From: a virus
DNA: 64,000 bases
Strand: one strand, 5' to 3'
IMG/VR virus record: IMGVR_UViG_3300033997_000077
Coordinates: 65,993 to 129,992 of that record
Position 1 is the stretch's first letter, and every line of letters begins with the position of its first letter. Positions 9,760 to 18,393 of this stretch are shown here, in pieces. Made by a program: the position numbers and the translations under genes. The notes below the pieces were generated by a model. It was not told the origin of the DNA and searched no databases. It saw only the letters and a list, made by a program, of their open reading frames with translations.

Positions 9760-10476
9760 ATGCCCCTGACTATTTCATTCGGACTTCCGCGCCTCTACTG
9801 GGCTCACTGGCCGGACGTGAAGATCCCAGTGACCAAAGCGCCCGCCGACATTCCAGAGAATCACACGCTGCACTTGGACATCCGCGTTGAACGGGTTGAG
9901 GGGCAACTCAGACTACTGATCGATGAATCGTTCCAGACATACAGCAGTCCCGACCTAATTCAGTATTCGACTCCGCCAACGCCATATCGCCGCATGTATC
10001 GAGCCAAGCTCCGCATGTGGTTGAAGGTATTGGGTCATGCTGCGTATGAGTTGCGCGACAAGCAAGCAGCCCGCACGCTCTCGAAAGTGAAGTGGCTGTC
10101 AGTCGCTGACCAGAATTCGCTGCAAGGTTACTACGGACGACGCCGCAGTGCGAGCCATAACAGAGTCTGGAAGTTTGCGCGCCCGACTCCACACCAACAC
10201 CGTGACATTCTCAAGTTCATCGCAGCGGTGCGGAACTCCCTGCACGACTCCATCCGGCATTACACGCAAGGCAACTGCTATGGGTTCGCCAAGTTGCTGC
10301 GCCACCAATATCCGGAAGCCGTGATCTGGTACGACCATGTTGAGGGCCATGTGTATACACGCATTGGTTCAACATGGTACGACATTCGCGGCGCACACTA
10401 CAGGCGTGGCGACAAGCGCCCGCTGGATCACCGCGAAGGCCACCGCCCTCACAGATGGAAGCCCAATAATGGATAG
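9760..10476 (+). CDS. hypothetical protein with C-terminal Cys-His-Asp (papain/transglutaminase-like) motif
   Basis: GNCYGFA...GHVY...WYDIRG; GAGG RBS. Confidence 0.55.
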   Translation: MPLTISFGLPRLYWAHWPDVKIPVTKAPADIPENHTLHLDIRVERVEGQLRLLIDESFQTYSSPDLIQYSTPPTPYRRMYRAKLRMWLKVLGHAAYELRDKQAARTLSKVKWLSVADQNSLQGYYGRRRSASHNRVWKFARPTPHQHRDILKFIAAVRNSLHDSIRHYTQGNCYGFAKLLRHQYPEAVIWYDHVEGHVYTRIGSTWYDIRGAHYRRGDKRPLDHREGHRPHRWKPNNG

Positions 10477-10750
10477 CAAAGCAGCATGGCACTTGGTGCT
10501 GAGTGAACTCGGCGGCCCCAAGGTGGATCCCAACATTCTGAGCGAAGTAGAAATGATGGCGGTCGGTGACGGTCTCGGTATCCACCTCTTCGGGGTCAGT
10601 AAGCTGCCCGACCGTGACGAGATTGAACGCCGTCGCCAAATCCAGCGCGAGCAATGGGCCGCGTACCGAGCAGAACAAGAAAGGCTACGCCCGTTGCGTA
10701 GCGCGCTGCGTAGTCGTGAACTGCGCAAGAAGCAGAAACGTAAACGCTAG
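10469..10750 (+). CDS. hypothetical protein
   Basis: ATG overlaps the upstream gene end and fills the gap in the operon. Confidence 0.55.
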   Translation: MDSKAAWHLVLSELGGPKVDPNILSEVEMMAVGDGLGIHLFGVSKLPDRDEIERRRQIQREQWAAYRAEQERLRPLRSALRSRELRKKQKRKR

Positions 10751-10759
10751 GAGATTGAT

Positions 10760-11215
10760 ATGAGTAACGTGTTTGTTGTACGCCCCATTGCCGCTGGGTT
10801 CCCGTTTGCCTCAACCGACAAGTTGATCGAGGCAATATCCTTGGCGTCAGCCAAGCTGAAAGGCCACACGGGTTTGAAGATGCTCCGCGCCCTACCCAAC
10901 CCCAGAGAAGGTGACGGGGAGTACGTGACCGAAGTGTTTAGACTGCGTGCCGACGGCAAGTTCGTCGAAGACGCCAGCTTCATCTTTCTGCTCGGGCCAA
11001 AGGCCGTCACCGCGATCCGTGAGCATTACGAATCTCTTGTCTACAGTGCATATAACCCGAGTGAGCAGCCAGAGCATTTCGATCCCGTCAGTCTTGAGAT
11101 CATCCATGCACTGCGCTGCTCACTGACCAAGTTCCAGACGCCTTGCGTTAAAAGCGAGTGCAGCGAGAACTGCGTCATGTTGGAGATCCGCAACGCAATG
11201 GATGAATCGCTATGA
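10760..11215 (+). CDS. hypothetical protein
   Basis: AGGAG RBS, 151 aa. Confidence 0.65.
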   Translation: MSNVFVVRPIAAGFPFASTDKLIEAISLASAKLKGHTGLKMLRALPNPREGDGEYVTEVFRLRADGKFVEDASFIFLLGPKAVTAIREHYESLVYSAYNPSEQPEHFDPVSLEIIHALRCSLTKFQTPCVKSECSENCVMLEIRNAMDESL

Positions 11216-11835
11216 TGTATGGCATTCTGGTTTACAAGGAAGCTGAGTGGGAACGTGCGGCGGAAGAGAGCAGCTTGGCATTCAACGCGGTGCTGCGGAA
11301 CCATGCCCACGACACGCTGAGCATTGGGGATTTCATGGAATGGGAGCAGACCCCACGTGCCGACATGCAAATGCGCCTGCTGTGTACCGAAGATTTCGCT
11401 AAGTGGTTTCCCACGACCGAGCCCGATTACAAGCTGGCGCTAGTTCAGTACGCTGGTGCAGCACTGACCAACCTGCCGCCGCTGGTTGTCGCCAGCTACC
11501 TCGGGAAAGAGTTCGTGAACTGCTGCCCACGTACCGAGATTTCTCGGATGCAGCTCATTACGAAAATACGCATGGATACCTACGACGACGGCTGGTACTC
11601 GGAACTCAGGGCGATGGGTAAAATGAGCCCGCACCTTGCGATCATGGGAATGCCGTTGGCGATGGCCTACTATCGACAAGGGGAGGCGCTGCGCAAGGCA
11701 GACTTCTTCTGCGCACATAACGGTGACATCGCGTCAATAGTGTGTCCGCTGCGCGGCGACTTCTGGGACAGGATGGTGGAAGCACGCAACGAAGGTCTCG
11801 CCATCCGGCGCAGTAACTTGTTCGAGGTGGTGTAA
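11212..11835 (+). CDS. hypothetical protein
   Basis: 207 aa, translationally coupled on both sides. Confidence 0.7.
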   Translation: MMYGILVYKEAEWERAAEESSLAFNAVLRNHAHDTLSIGDFMEWEQTPRADMQMRLLCTEDFAKWFPTTEPDYKLALVQYAGAALTNLPPLVVASYLGKEFVNCCPRTEISRMQLITKIRMDTYDDGWYSELRAMGKMSPHLAIMGMPLAMAYYRQGEALRKADFFCAHNGDIASIVCPLRGDFWDRMVEARNEGLAIRRSNLFEVV

Positions 11836-12338
11836 TGGAGCAGGTTGATATGATCGTCGCCGTGTCCAACAACATGGCGATTGGGATGCTGGATGGTGCG
11901 CTGCCGTGGCACGTGCCGGAAGAGCTTGCATGGTTCTCTGGTATCACGGCGAACCGCTCGATTATCATGGGGCGTAAGACGTGGGACTCGCTGCCAAGGA
12001 AGCCTCTGCCACACCGTCAGAACATTGTACTGACTTCACGCCGAATCCGTGGCGTTGATTGCGTCAGCAGCATTGAAGAAGCGCTGACTATTGCACGCAA
12101 CCAGCCGATTGTGATTGGCGGGGCCGAAATTTACCGACAGGCAATGCCGTTCGTGAGCAAGCTCTACCTGTCGGTGATTCCGTGTCAGGTGCGAGAGCCG
12201 CATGTAAAATTCCCTATCAACGAACGCAACTGGAACGTTGAGAGTCGCGTCGACCACCCGACGTATTCGGTACTGGTGTTACGGCCCCGTCCTGCGGAGT
12301 TGCGTGAAGCGCCAGAAAGCATAACTTCAATCTACTGA
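11835..12338 (+). CDS. folA: dihydrofolate reductase
   Basis: MIVAVSNNMAIG, LPWHVPEELAWF, IMGRKTWDSLP, RQNIVLT, VIGGAEIY. Confidence 0.95.
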   Translation: MEQVDMIVAVSNNMAIGMLDGALPWHVPEELAWFSGITANRSIIMGRKTWDSLPRKPLPHRQNIVLTSRRIRGVDCVSSIEEALTIARNQPIVIGGAEIYRQAMPFVSKLYLSVIPCQVREPHVKFPINERNWNVESRVDHPTYSVLVLRPRPAELREAPESITSIY

Positions 12339-12348
12339 GAGTCTTACT

Positions 12349-12924
12349 ATGGAAACGTTACGTGCACAGGTTTACTTGATTCGCCACGAAGACACATCGC
12401 AGATAAATGCGGTTCGTACCGCGCTGCGGGCATTCAGCAGCTGGGCCCCAATGTCGGGAACAACAGAAGAAACTGCCGTGTTTGCGGGAGTCGGGGCGGT
12501 GGAGATGTTTCAGGGCGTCAGCGCTCAAGTCAATCTGTATCCGGATCTGGAAATGGCAGGTGACGGCGAGTACCTGTACGACCGCAAGCCAGACGCGGTG
12601 AAAACACTGTCGCCTTACTACGCAGAGCTTTACGAACTGTCCGTGAACGCCGAGAAGGTTCCCAAGGAAGCGTCGATAGTCCTGCTGATTGGGGACAAGG
12701 TACTCAGCGAGTGTGACCGTGCTGACTTGAACGAGATCGCCAACACTGCACGGGACGGGGCGCGCGTGTTCGACGTAGAAGAGATTGCGCGCGAAGGTGA
12801 AGACGGCGTGCACGGTTTGGTAACCGCTATGGCTGCCGCTGCCGCTAACCTGCCGGATACCGATATGTGGAACGCATCCACCTACGCGAGCGAAGGCGTC
12901 AACATGATCGTGTTCTCGGACTAA
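12349..12924 (+). CDS. hypothetical protein
   Basis: 191-aa ORF ending at a bidirectional terminator. Confidence 0.7.
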   Translation: METLRAQVYLIRHEDTSQINAVRTALRAFSSWAPMSGTTEETAVFAGVGAVEMFQGVSAQVNLYPDLEMAGDGEYLYDRKPDAVKTLSPYYAELYELSVNAEKVPKEASIVLLIGDKVLSECDRADLNEIANTARDGARVFDVEEIAREGEDGVHGLVTAMAAAAANLPDTDMWNASTYASEGVNMIVFSD

Positions 12925-12929
12925 ACGCA

Positions 12930-12965
12930 AAGAGGGGAGATCCAAGCTAATGGATCTCCCCTCTT
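12930..12965. terminator. bidirectional terminator-like hairpin
   Basis: Perfect 15-bp stem AAGAGGGGAGATCCA-AGCTAA-TGGATCTCCCCTCTT between convergent blocks. Confidence 0.85.
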
Positions 12966-13466
12966 CTACATTCCAGCCAAGATCGAGATAAGCAATAACG
13001 CGCGGGTTGCGTTGAGTTCCACGTTTCCCCACATTCGCTCGTCCTTTCTGGCTTCCTTCTCAACGTGTAACTCTGCACGTAGTCGATTCCCCTCTGCCTC
13101 TTCCGCCTTAGCCAATGCAAGCAGTCGGTTACGTTCCGCAATCGCGGCATTCGCAACTTCCACCGCAGAGTTCGCGGTGCTCGTCGCGTATCCGTCGTGC
13201 TTGTAGAGGTCTATCAGCTGAGCCATCCCCTCATTGCCAAGAGTCGGCACCCTTGAACCTTCAATCTCTCGAACCACCAACTTCGGCTTCACCGCTGGCT
13301 CCAACTTCGGAACCTGCACCTGCTTCATGTCGGGGATCTGCTCGATACTGGTACGTGGTTCGGGGCCTGCCTGCGGAACAGTGCTGCATGCACTCATGGC
13401 TACCGCGCAGAGTAGCACAACGCAGAACAGGATAACGCGCGCACTAAAGCCTGTCATAGTCTTCAA
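12966..13466 (-). CDS. lipoprotein, spanin-like (o-spanin or u-spanin-like)
   Basis: Hydrophobic signal with lipobox AMSA-C, Pro-rich linker, coiled coil and hydrophobic C-terminus; downstream of the holin. Confidence 0.6.
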   Translation of the reverse strand: MKTMTGFSARVILFCVVLLCAVAMSACSTVPQAGPEPRTSIEQIPDMKQVQVPKLEPAVKPKLVVREIEGSRVPTLGNEGMAQLIDLYKHDGYATSTANSAVEVANAAIAERNRLLALAKAEEAEGNRLRAELHVEKEARKDERMWGNVELNATRALLLISILAGM

Positions 13467-13734
13467 GCATGGCCTCCATGTTTTTGTCCTTGGGGGTTTT
13501 GGCGGGTGGCTTCACCTCGTTGATTTCCTCAACCTTGGTGTTCACCACGTCGGTTTCCTTGGCTTGCGCTTCCACCATAGGGGCTTTGCCTGCGGGCTCT
13601 GCGACGTCTCCGGCGCTCTGCGCTTGCTTGCGTGAGCGCAGAGCATTGGCCCCGAACATCACGGCAGCCAGTAGACCGAGCAACCCCAGCAGCCAGCTAC
13701 CGCACGCTTTCAGTTTTTCCAGCATTTGGATCAC
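13444..13734 (-). CDS. inner-membrane spanin-like protein
   Basis: Single N-terminal TM (WLLGLLGLLAAVMFGA); overlaps the lipoprotein gene. Confidence 0.5.
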   Translation of the reverse strand: MIQMLEKLKACGSWLLGLLGLLAAVMFGANALRSRKQAQSAGDVAEPAGKAPMVEAQAKETDVVNTKVEEINEVKPPAKTPKDKNMEAMLEDYDRL

Positions 13735-14020
13735 CTCCCTGAGTCGCCACGTAACGATTGATGAATGCTTCGGCCACGAACCCCGCGCCGAAATACGTCA
13801 TAAACTCGTTGTCGCCAGTCAAGAGTGAGTTCAGTACCACGGCAAAGCTGACGAGGATACTGGCAACACTGTTGAGGGGCTTGCTTGCCCAGTATTGCTT
13901 GGCCGTCACGCCTTCACGCTGAAGTTTCATTCCCCAATGCGTTGCGATGCCCGCAATCCAGTAGAGAATGTAAATGCTTTGCTCTACAGTGAACGTTGCG
14001 AAAAGCTCCGAGAATTTCAT
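13697..14020 (-). CDS. putative holin
   Basis: 107 aa with 2-3 hydrophobic helices and a charged C-terminus; GGAG RBS; precedes spanin-like genes. Confidence 0.55.
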   Translation of the reverse strand: MKFSELFATFTVEQSIYILYWIAGIATHWGMKLQREGVTAKQYWASKPLNSVASILVSFAVVLNSLLTGDNEFMTYFGAGFVAEAFINRYVATQGGDPNAGKTESVR

Positions 14021-14027
14021 ATGTCTC

Positions 14028-14498
14028 CTATGCGGCGATAAAGCTCACTCCATCTAGCGACGTGCCTGCCGACTTGAATAGCGTGGCTTGAACTTGGCCG
14101 TTTGTGTTGATGGTCGCATACCCTATGGCATTCCCCGATGTCCATATCGGGCACACAATCTTGCGCGCTGGCCGGAAGCCGACGGGTAGCGTGGTAACCA
14201 CTGTCGTTGACGTGGTGGAACCGTTGCGGATCAATCCTTCAATCATAACAACGTTGCCGGATCGTATTACACGGGCAGGGAACGCGGAATCCGTGTTAAC
14301 CCAGTTGTTGCCCAGCACCAATGTCGCGGTTTGCACCCCGAGCACTTGCTTATTGTCGAACACCAGATTCCCATTCACGTCTACGGCGAACTTGCCGAGA
14401 AGATCGAGATTCTGGTGTTCGTGGTTGAACAGCGGCTCTTCCTCGCCCTGCGTGTTAAGGACGCGAGCGAGGATCAAGACGAGTCCGGATGCCTTCAT
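14028..14498 (-). CDS. tail-fibre-like virion protein
   Basis: HEHQNLDLLGK..GNLVF motif and C-terminal GNVVMIEG...TLPVGFRP domain typical of phage fibre tips. Confidence 0.6.
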   Translation of the reverse strand: MKASGLVLILARVLNTQGEEEPLFNHEHQNLDLLGKFAVDVNGNLVFDNKQVLGVQTATLVLGNNWVNTDSAFPARVIRSGNVVMIEGLIRNGSTTSTTVVTTLPVGFRPARKIVCPIWTSGNAIGYATINTNGQVQATLFKSAGTSLDGVSFIAA

Positions 14499-14752
14499 CA
14501 GTCAACCATGTCGTGCTTGTCTTTGTACTCGGCCCAAGCGATCTCAAGTTCAGAGAAGAACTTCTTGATGGCACTGGGGTCTCCGAGTTCGAAGGGGTGA
14601 TTCACCTTGTTCTCTGCGCACTTGTTGCGGAACAACTTATCATAGGCCAGCTGCTTTGGAGACTGCTGCTGGTCTTCTGACACGCTCTGCATCATCTGTG
14701 CACACACGGCACGTAGGCCGACTGACTGGTTGCGCTTTGCTACTTGCATCAC
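14498..14752 (-). CDS. small hypothetical (possible head) protein
   Basis: GGAGA RBS; helical module AYDKLFRNK...AIKKFFSELEIAW. Confidence 0.6.
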   Translation of the reverse strand: MMQVAKRNQSVGLRAVCAQMMQSVSEDQQQSPKQLAYDKLFRNKCAENKVNHPFELGDPSAIKKFFSELEIAWAEYKDKHDMVD

Positions 14753-14789
14753 TTGTCTCCCTATTAGTGGACACCCTAAATTACGTCAA

Positions 14790-15266
14790 TCAGACGTAAA
14801 CGAGGAAACGACACTCAGTGACCCAACGATAACCGTAGGGATCCCAGCTGTTGCGTCCGATAACGCGAACCTTGCCCGTCGGGTTCGGCATCGGGTCGTC
14901 GCGGAAGTCGAATTCCTGATACGTCGGGCCGCCAATGAACGGCGTTGAACTCGTCAGAGTTTTGAAGAACACCCACTTCGCGCCATCGTAGTAATAGAGG
15001 TCGAGGAACTTCACTTTCTTGCCGTAGCCGTAAGTGTCGTTAGGGAACCAGTACCCAAGACCGCTTAGCGGAACTCCGTTGAACCGTGAGTGCAGTTGGC
15101 CTTGGCCGTCCCAGTCGCGCTTTTGGTTGAAGCACCCGACCGTCGCGTCGCTGTAAGTGAAGTTGTTGTCGAACACTGCACGGTCACCGCCAATCCAACT
15201 GTATTCAGTGATCGGGGTTAGTGCTGGGAGTCGCAAGTTGCCTTGCGTGCAAACATTCATGTGCAT
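14790..15266 (-). CDS. small adhesin-like beta-sandwich protein (discoidin-like, family A)
   Basis: Close paralog of 15767-16285 (PMPNPTG.VR.IGRNSWD.YGYRWV.EC.F). Confidence 0.6.
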   Translation of the reverse strand: MHMNVCTQGNLRLPALTPITEYSWIGGDRAVFDNNFTYSDATVGCFNQKRDWDGQGQLHSRFNGVPLSGLGYWFPNDTYGYGKKVKFLDLYYYDGAKWVFFKTLTSSTPFIGGPTYQEFDFRDDPMPNPTGKVRVIGRNSWDPYGYRWVTECRFLVYV

Positions 15267-15268
15267 GA

Positions 15269-15757
15269 TTACCACCACTCGTAATATTGAGGCGGAGTGC
15301 CGCCACGGTTACCGATGTCAAACAGTACGGTGCCTCTTCCGACGCCGTAGAAGTCAGGCACGCCGAAGATTGTCCCAGTGTAACGAACCACTCCGTCAAT
15401 GGTGTAGCGGCAGTAGCCGTTGGTCATGTATTCGCACTGGACAAGGTGCCAGCCAGCCGGATACCAAGTGGAGAACGCGTTGCCTGCGCCCCACACTGCA
15501 ATCTGAGTTTCGAACGGGAAGTAGACACGGAAGCAAAGATTGCGCCCCTTGGCAGCCCGACTGTATAGCATTCGATACGCGAGATACTGGTGCACCAAAA
15601 TCTCTAGCTTCGTGTCGCTCTCTGACAAACGGAAGTCTACATTTTCCACCGCGCTCGGGCGGCTCCCACCGCCGGAGCCCTTGACTATCCACGCGCGATC
15701 CACTGCTTTGTTGATTGAGGGCTGCGTCGCCCCCAGCGATGGAACATTCAATAGCAT
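15269..15757 (-). CDS. small adhesin-like protein (SPRY/ConA-like, family B)
   Basis: Paralog of 16295, 16794 and 20812 genes; ends FDIGNRGGTPPQYYEWW. Confidence 0.6.
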   Translation of the reverse strand: MLLNVPSLGATQPSINKAVDRAWIVKGSGGGSRPSAVENVDFRLSESDTKLEILVHQYLAYRMLYSRAAKGRNLCFRVYFPFETQIAVWGAGNAFSTWYPAGWHLVQCEYMTNGYCRYTIDGVVRYTGTIFGVPDFYGVGRGTVLFDIGNRGGTPPQYYEWW

Positions 15758-15766
15758 ATTACCCCC

Positions 15767-16285
15767 TCATTCCAGTACGCTGAACTGGCATTCACTGACC
15801 CAGCGGTAGCCGTACTGATCCCAACTGTTACGACCAATGATGCGCACAAGCCCAGTCGGGTTCGGCATCGGATTGGTGAACAAGTCGAAGTCTTCGTAAG
15901 TGGGCCACGGAGCAGTCGGGTACTTGGTGTTCAGCGTGACGTGGTGAACCCACGTGCTGCCGTTGTAGTACCAGAGTTCAAGCGTCTTCACCTTCTTGTA
16001 TTCGTTAGGGTTCCAGTTCACATAGTGATAGCGCAATCGCAAGATCGGCTTCCCCTTATGCTGTGCCGGAACATAGCCCCACGCATCCCAGTCGGCTTTC
16101 TCGTTGTACCACGATCCAGTGTTGTTGTCGAACGCCGCAGTGACTCCCCCAAGTCCAGTCATAGGAACAGCGAACACCAGCTTCGGCGGAATCAGCGACT
16201 CCGTTACTTGCACCGATGCCTCGGCGACTTCCAGCTTGTGTTGTAGGTCAAGCGCTTTACCGTGCGCTCGGTCGAGAGTCAGCAT
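15767..16285 (-). CDS. small adhesin-like protein (discoidin-like, family A)
   Basis: AAFDNNTGSW, LELWYYNGSTW; GGAGG RBS. Confidence 0.6.
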   Translation of the reverse strand: MLTLDRAHGKALDLQHKLEVAEASVQVTESLIPPKLVFAVPMTGLGGVTAAFDNNTGSWYNEKADWDAWGYVPAQHKGKPILRLRYHYVNWNPNEYKKVKTLELWYYNGSTWVHHVTLNTKYPTAPWPTYEDFDLFTNPMPNPTGLVRIIGRNSWDQYGYRWVSECQFSVLE

Positions 16286-16294
16286 AGCGCCTCC

Positions 16295-16792
16295 TTAATA
16301 CCATGCGAACCCAACAGGCAGCGGCGAATTATATTGCCCGACGTCGAATTCCATCTCTGACACATCAGAGTGACCGTAGAATGACAGGTTCTTTGCAGTC
16401 CCCTGATATAGTCCCGTGCCGTTGACCGTGTATCTGTAGGTCTCGCCTGCTACGTGCTCGATGCGGACTTCATGCCACACGTTGCCCGCCAGCGTACCGA
16501 GCGTCCAAGCCAGCTGGTTGTTTGCGCTCACCAGCCCGTTCGAAATCAAAATGGTTGAGTAGTTGCCGCTGTTGTTGAACTTGACGCGCATGAAAAACTT
16601 GCCCGGACGAGGCTTGCTCAACATTTCGCATGATCGGCTATCAATTGGGGCTCCGCCAATTTTACGCAGCAGCGTCCCATCTTTCTCGATGGTGTATTGC
16701 GTCGGGGCCGCGAGTTTGAAGTTCGCTTGCACTGTGTTCGGGTCGATGACCGTCAGTTGTCTCGGAATATGATTTTGAAGTGTAAGAAGCAT
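16295..16792 (-). CDS. small adhesin-like protein (SPRY-like, family B)
   Basis: GKFFMRV, YTVNG, FDVGQYNSPLPVGFAWY. Confidence 0.6.
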   Translation of the reverse strand: MLLTLQNHIPRQLTVIDPNTVQANFKLAAPTQYTIEKDGTLLRKIGGAPIDSRSCEMLSKPRPGKFFMRVKFNNSGNYSTILISNGLVSANNQLAWTLGTLAGNVWHEVRIEHVAGETYRYTVNGTGLYQGTAKNLSFYGHSDVSEMEFDVGQYNSPLPVGFAWY

Positions 16793-16793
16793 A

Positions 16794-17267
16794 TCACCAC
16801 CACTCATGTCCGGCAGGCAGAACCCCACCGCGTCCGCCCGTGTCGATCAGATAAGTGCCCGACGGAGCGTTACAGTAGATTCCGACTGTGGAGCGAAGCG
16901 CTCCGCTGTATTTAAGCACACCGTTGATGGTGTACTTGTTCTTGTTGTCTGCTGTGTACTCGCACACAATAGTAACCCACCCAGTGAACCACTGCGCCCA
17001 CACCGCAGTGTTGCCGTTCCATAGAGAAAGTTCGGTGCTGACTGGGAGGTACACCCGATAGAACAGCTTACCGTTGCGAATACGCGGCGGTGCATTCATG
17101 CCTATCGGCATTGTTCGGAGCATCTGGACTTTGGTGGCGTTCTCGCTAATGATCGTGTCGACGCCCTCAACAGTAGGGATCCACGTATTCCCAACCATCT
17201 TGCGGACGTTGATAACTCCCTCGCCGAACGGGTAGCCCGCACCGAGCCCCAAAATCTGAAGCATCAT
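16794..17267 (-). CDS. small adhesin-like protein (SPRY-like, family B)
   Basis: GKLFYRVY, YTINGV, IDTGGRGGVLPAGHEWW. Confidence 0.6.
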   Translation of the reverse strand: MMLQILGLGAGYPFGEGVINVRKMVGNTWIPTVEGVDTIISENATKVQMLRTMPIGMNAPPRIRNGKLFYRVYLPVSTELSLWNGNTAVWAQWFTGWVTIVCEYTADNKNKYTINGVLKYSGALRSTVGIYCNAPSGTYLIDTGGRGGVLPAGHEWW

Positions 17268-17289
17268 ATAACCCCCCAGAGTAGATCTG

Positions 17290-17313
17290 AAAACGGGGGC
17301 ACTTGGCCCCCCG
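17290..17313 (-). terminator. intrinsic terminator
   Basis: GGGGGC-CAAGT-GCCCCC followed by GTTTT on the - strand. Confidence 0.6.
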
Positions 17314-17328
17314 AGATCGTCCGCTATC

Positions 17329-17877
17329 TTACGCTGACAGTTGTTGACCCATCAGGGTAGCCGCAACGTAGGACAGAGTTGCGTCCGCAGTGGCCGGAGA
17401 ACTGATCGTCAGCTTGTCACCAGCTACGCACAGCAGATCGGCGGCGGGGCCAGTGAATGTGCCGACCAGCTGCCCAGCGGCAAAGTTGATGGTTCCGATC
17501 TGGTTACCGTTCAACTTAACCACGAACGCGGCAGCAGCGGTTGCCGCAACGTCGCACGCAGCTTTACTGCCGCCGAAGCTCTTGGGGATGATGGTCGGAC
17601 GAACCAGCACAACCATTGCCACAGTCTTGTTCGCTTCGGGTTTGCCAGCGATAGACATACCGACATCGTAGGGGTAGGAAACAGTTTCCTTGCGCACCCA
17701 CTGGGTAGTGCGTTCGTTGTACGCGTAGATGCCGACCGGAGTTGCACCGCCCTCAATGATCTCGAAGATGTCGAGGTGCTTGGGGTTTGCAGGGAACGCG
17801 GTGCCGCGCTTGCTGTTGTCGAGCGGAGCAGTTTCGATCTTGCTGCCTTCCGGCAGAGTAAGGCCAAATGCTTTCAT
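17329..17877 (-). CDS. tail-fibre/adaptor virion protein
   Basis: GTAFPANP motif and C-terminal beta domain (IGTINFAAG...AGDKLTISSPATADATL) of the kind seen in phage fibre proteins. Confidence 0.6.
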   Translation of the reverse strand: MKAFGLTLPEGSKIETAPLDNSKRGTAFPANPKHLDIFEIIEGGATPVGIYAYNERTTQWVRKETVSYPYDVGMSIAGKPEANKTVAMVVLVRPTIIPKSFGGSKAACDVAATAAAAFVVKLNGNQIGTINFAAGQLVGTFTGPAADLLCVAGDKLTISSPATADATLSYVAATLMGQQLSA

Positions 17878-17894
17878 CTGTATTTCCTCTTAGG

Positions 17895-18392
17895 TTAAAT
17901 CCCACCAGCAAAGTTGATGGTGATGTCGTTGGGTTTCCACTCACTCCCTTTCGGAATGAAGCCACCCTGAATTTTCATGTCGGCATTGCTGTTCTCGTCG
18001 CCGACAGTGAAATACACTGCACGCCTTCCAGTGAAGTCGTCGGAGTTAGTCGCGCAATCAAAGTGCACGATACCCCAAGTAGGTGCGTCGTCGAGTAGGC
18101 TGACGCATTTGACTTGGGTCTGCGATAACTTCAGCCAAACTTTTTCGTCCGTGATGTCAACCGCACCAGCACCCGCGTACTGACGCAGCACGATCTTGCC
18201 TCCAAGCGAAGACAATACTCCGTTGAGGAAGGACACGTCGCTGCGGTAGCGCTGATACGCGCCGTATACCATCTCCCGCAGCTTTTCGCTGGTAGGGCGC
18301 GTGCCGCTGAATAGGACGATACCCCAGAACGAGTTGGTTCTGCTGCGATCCATCAGCATCTCATAGACCAGCATTGAATTAGTCGTGAGCAC
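17895..18392 (-). CDS. putative virion structural protein (paralog group C)
   Basis: LFSGTRPT and FTVGD...ADMKI motifs shared with neighbours; GTG start after GGAGG. Confidence 0.55.
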   Translation of the reverse strand: MLTTNSMLVYEMLMDRSRTNSFWGIVLFSGTRPTSEKLREMVYGAYQRYRSDVSFLNGVLSSLGGKIVLRQYAGAGAVDITDEKVWLKLSQTQVKCVSLLDDAPTWGIVHFDCATNSDDFTGRRAVYFTVGDENSNADMKIQGGFIPKGSEWKPNDITINFAGGI

Positions 18393-18393
18393 G

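Noticed and set aside
14790-16285. Possible DGR template/variable repeat or shufflon between the family A paralogs
   Set aside because: Differences are largely synonymous and not adenine-specific; no reverse transcriptase, invertase or inverted crossover sites seen
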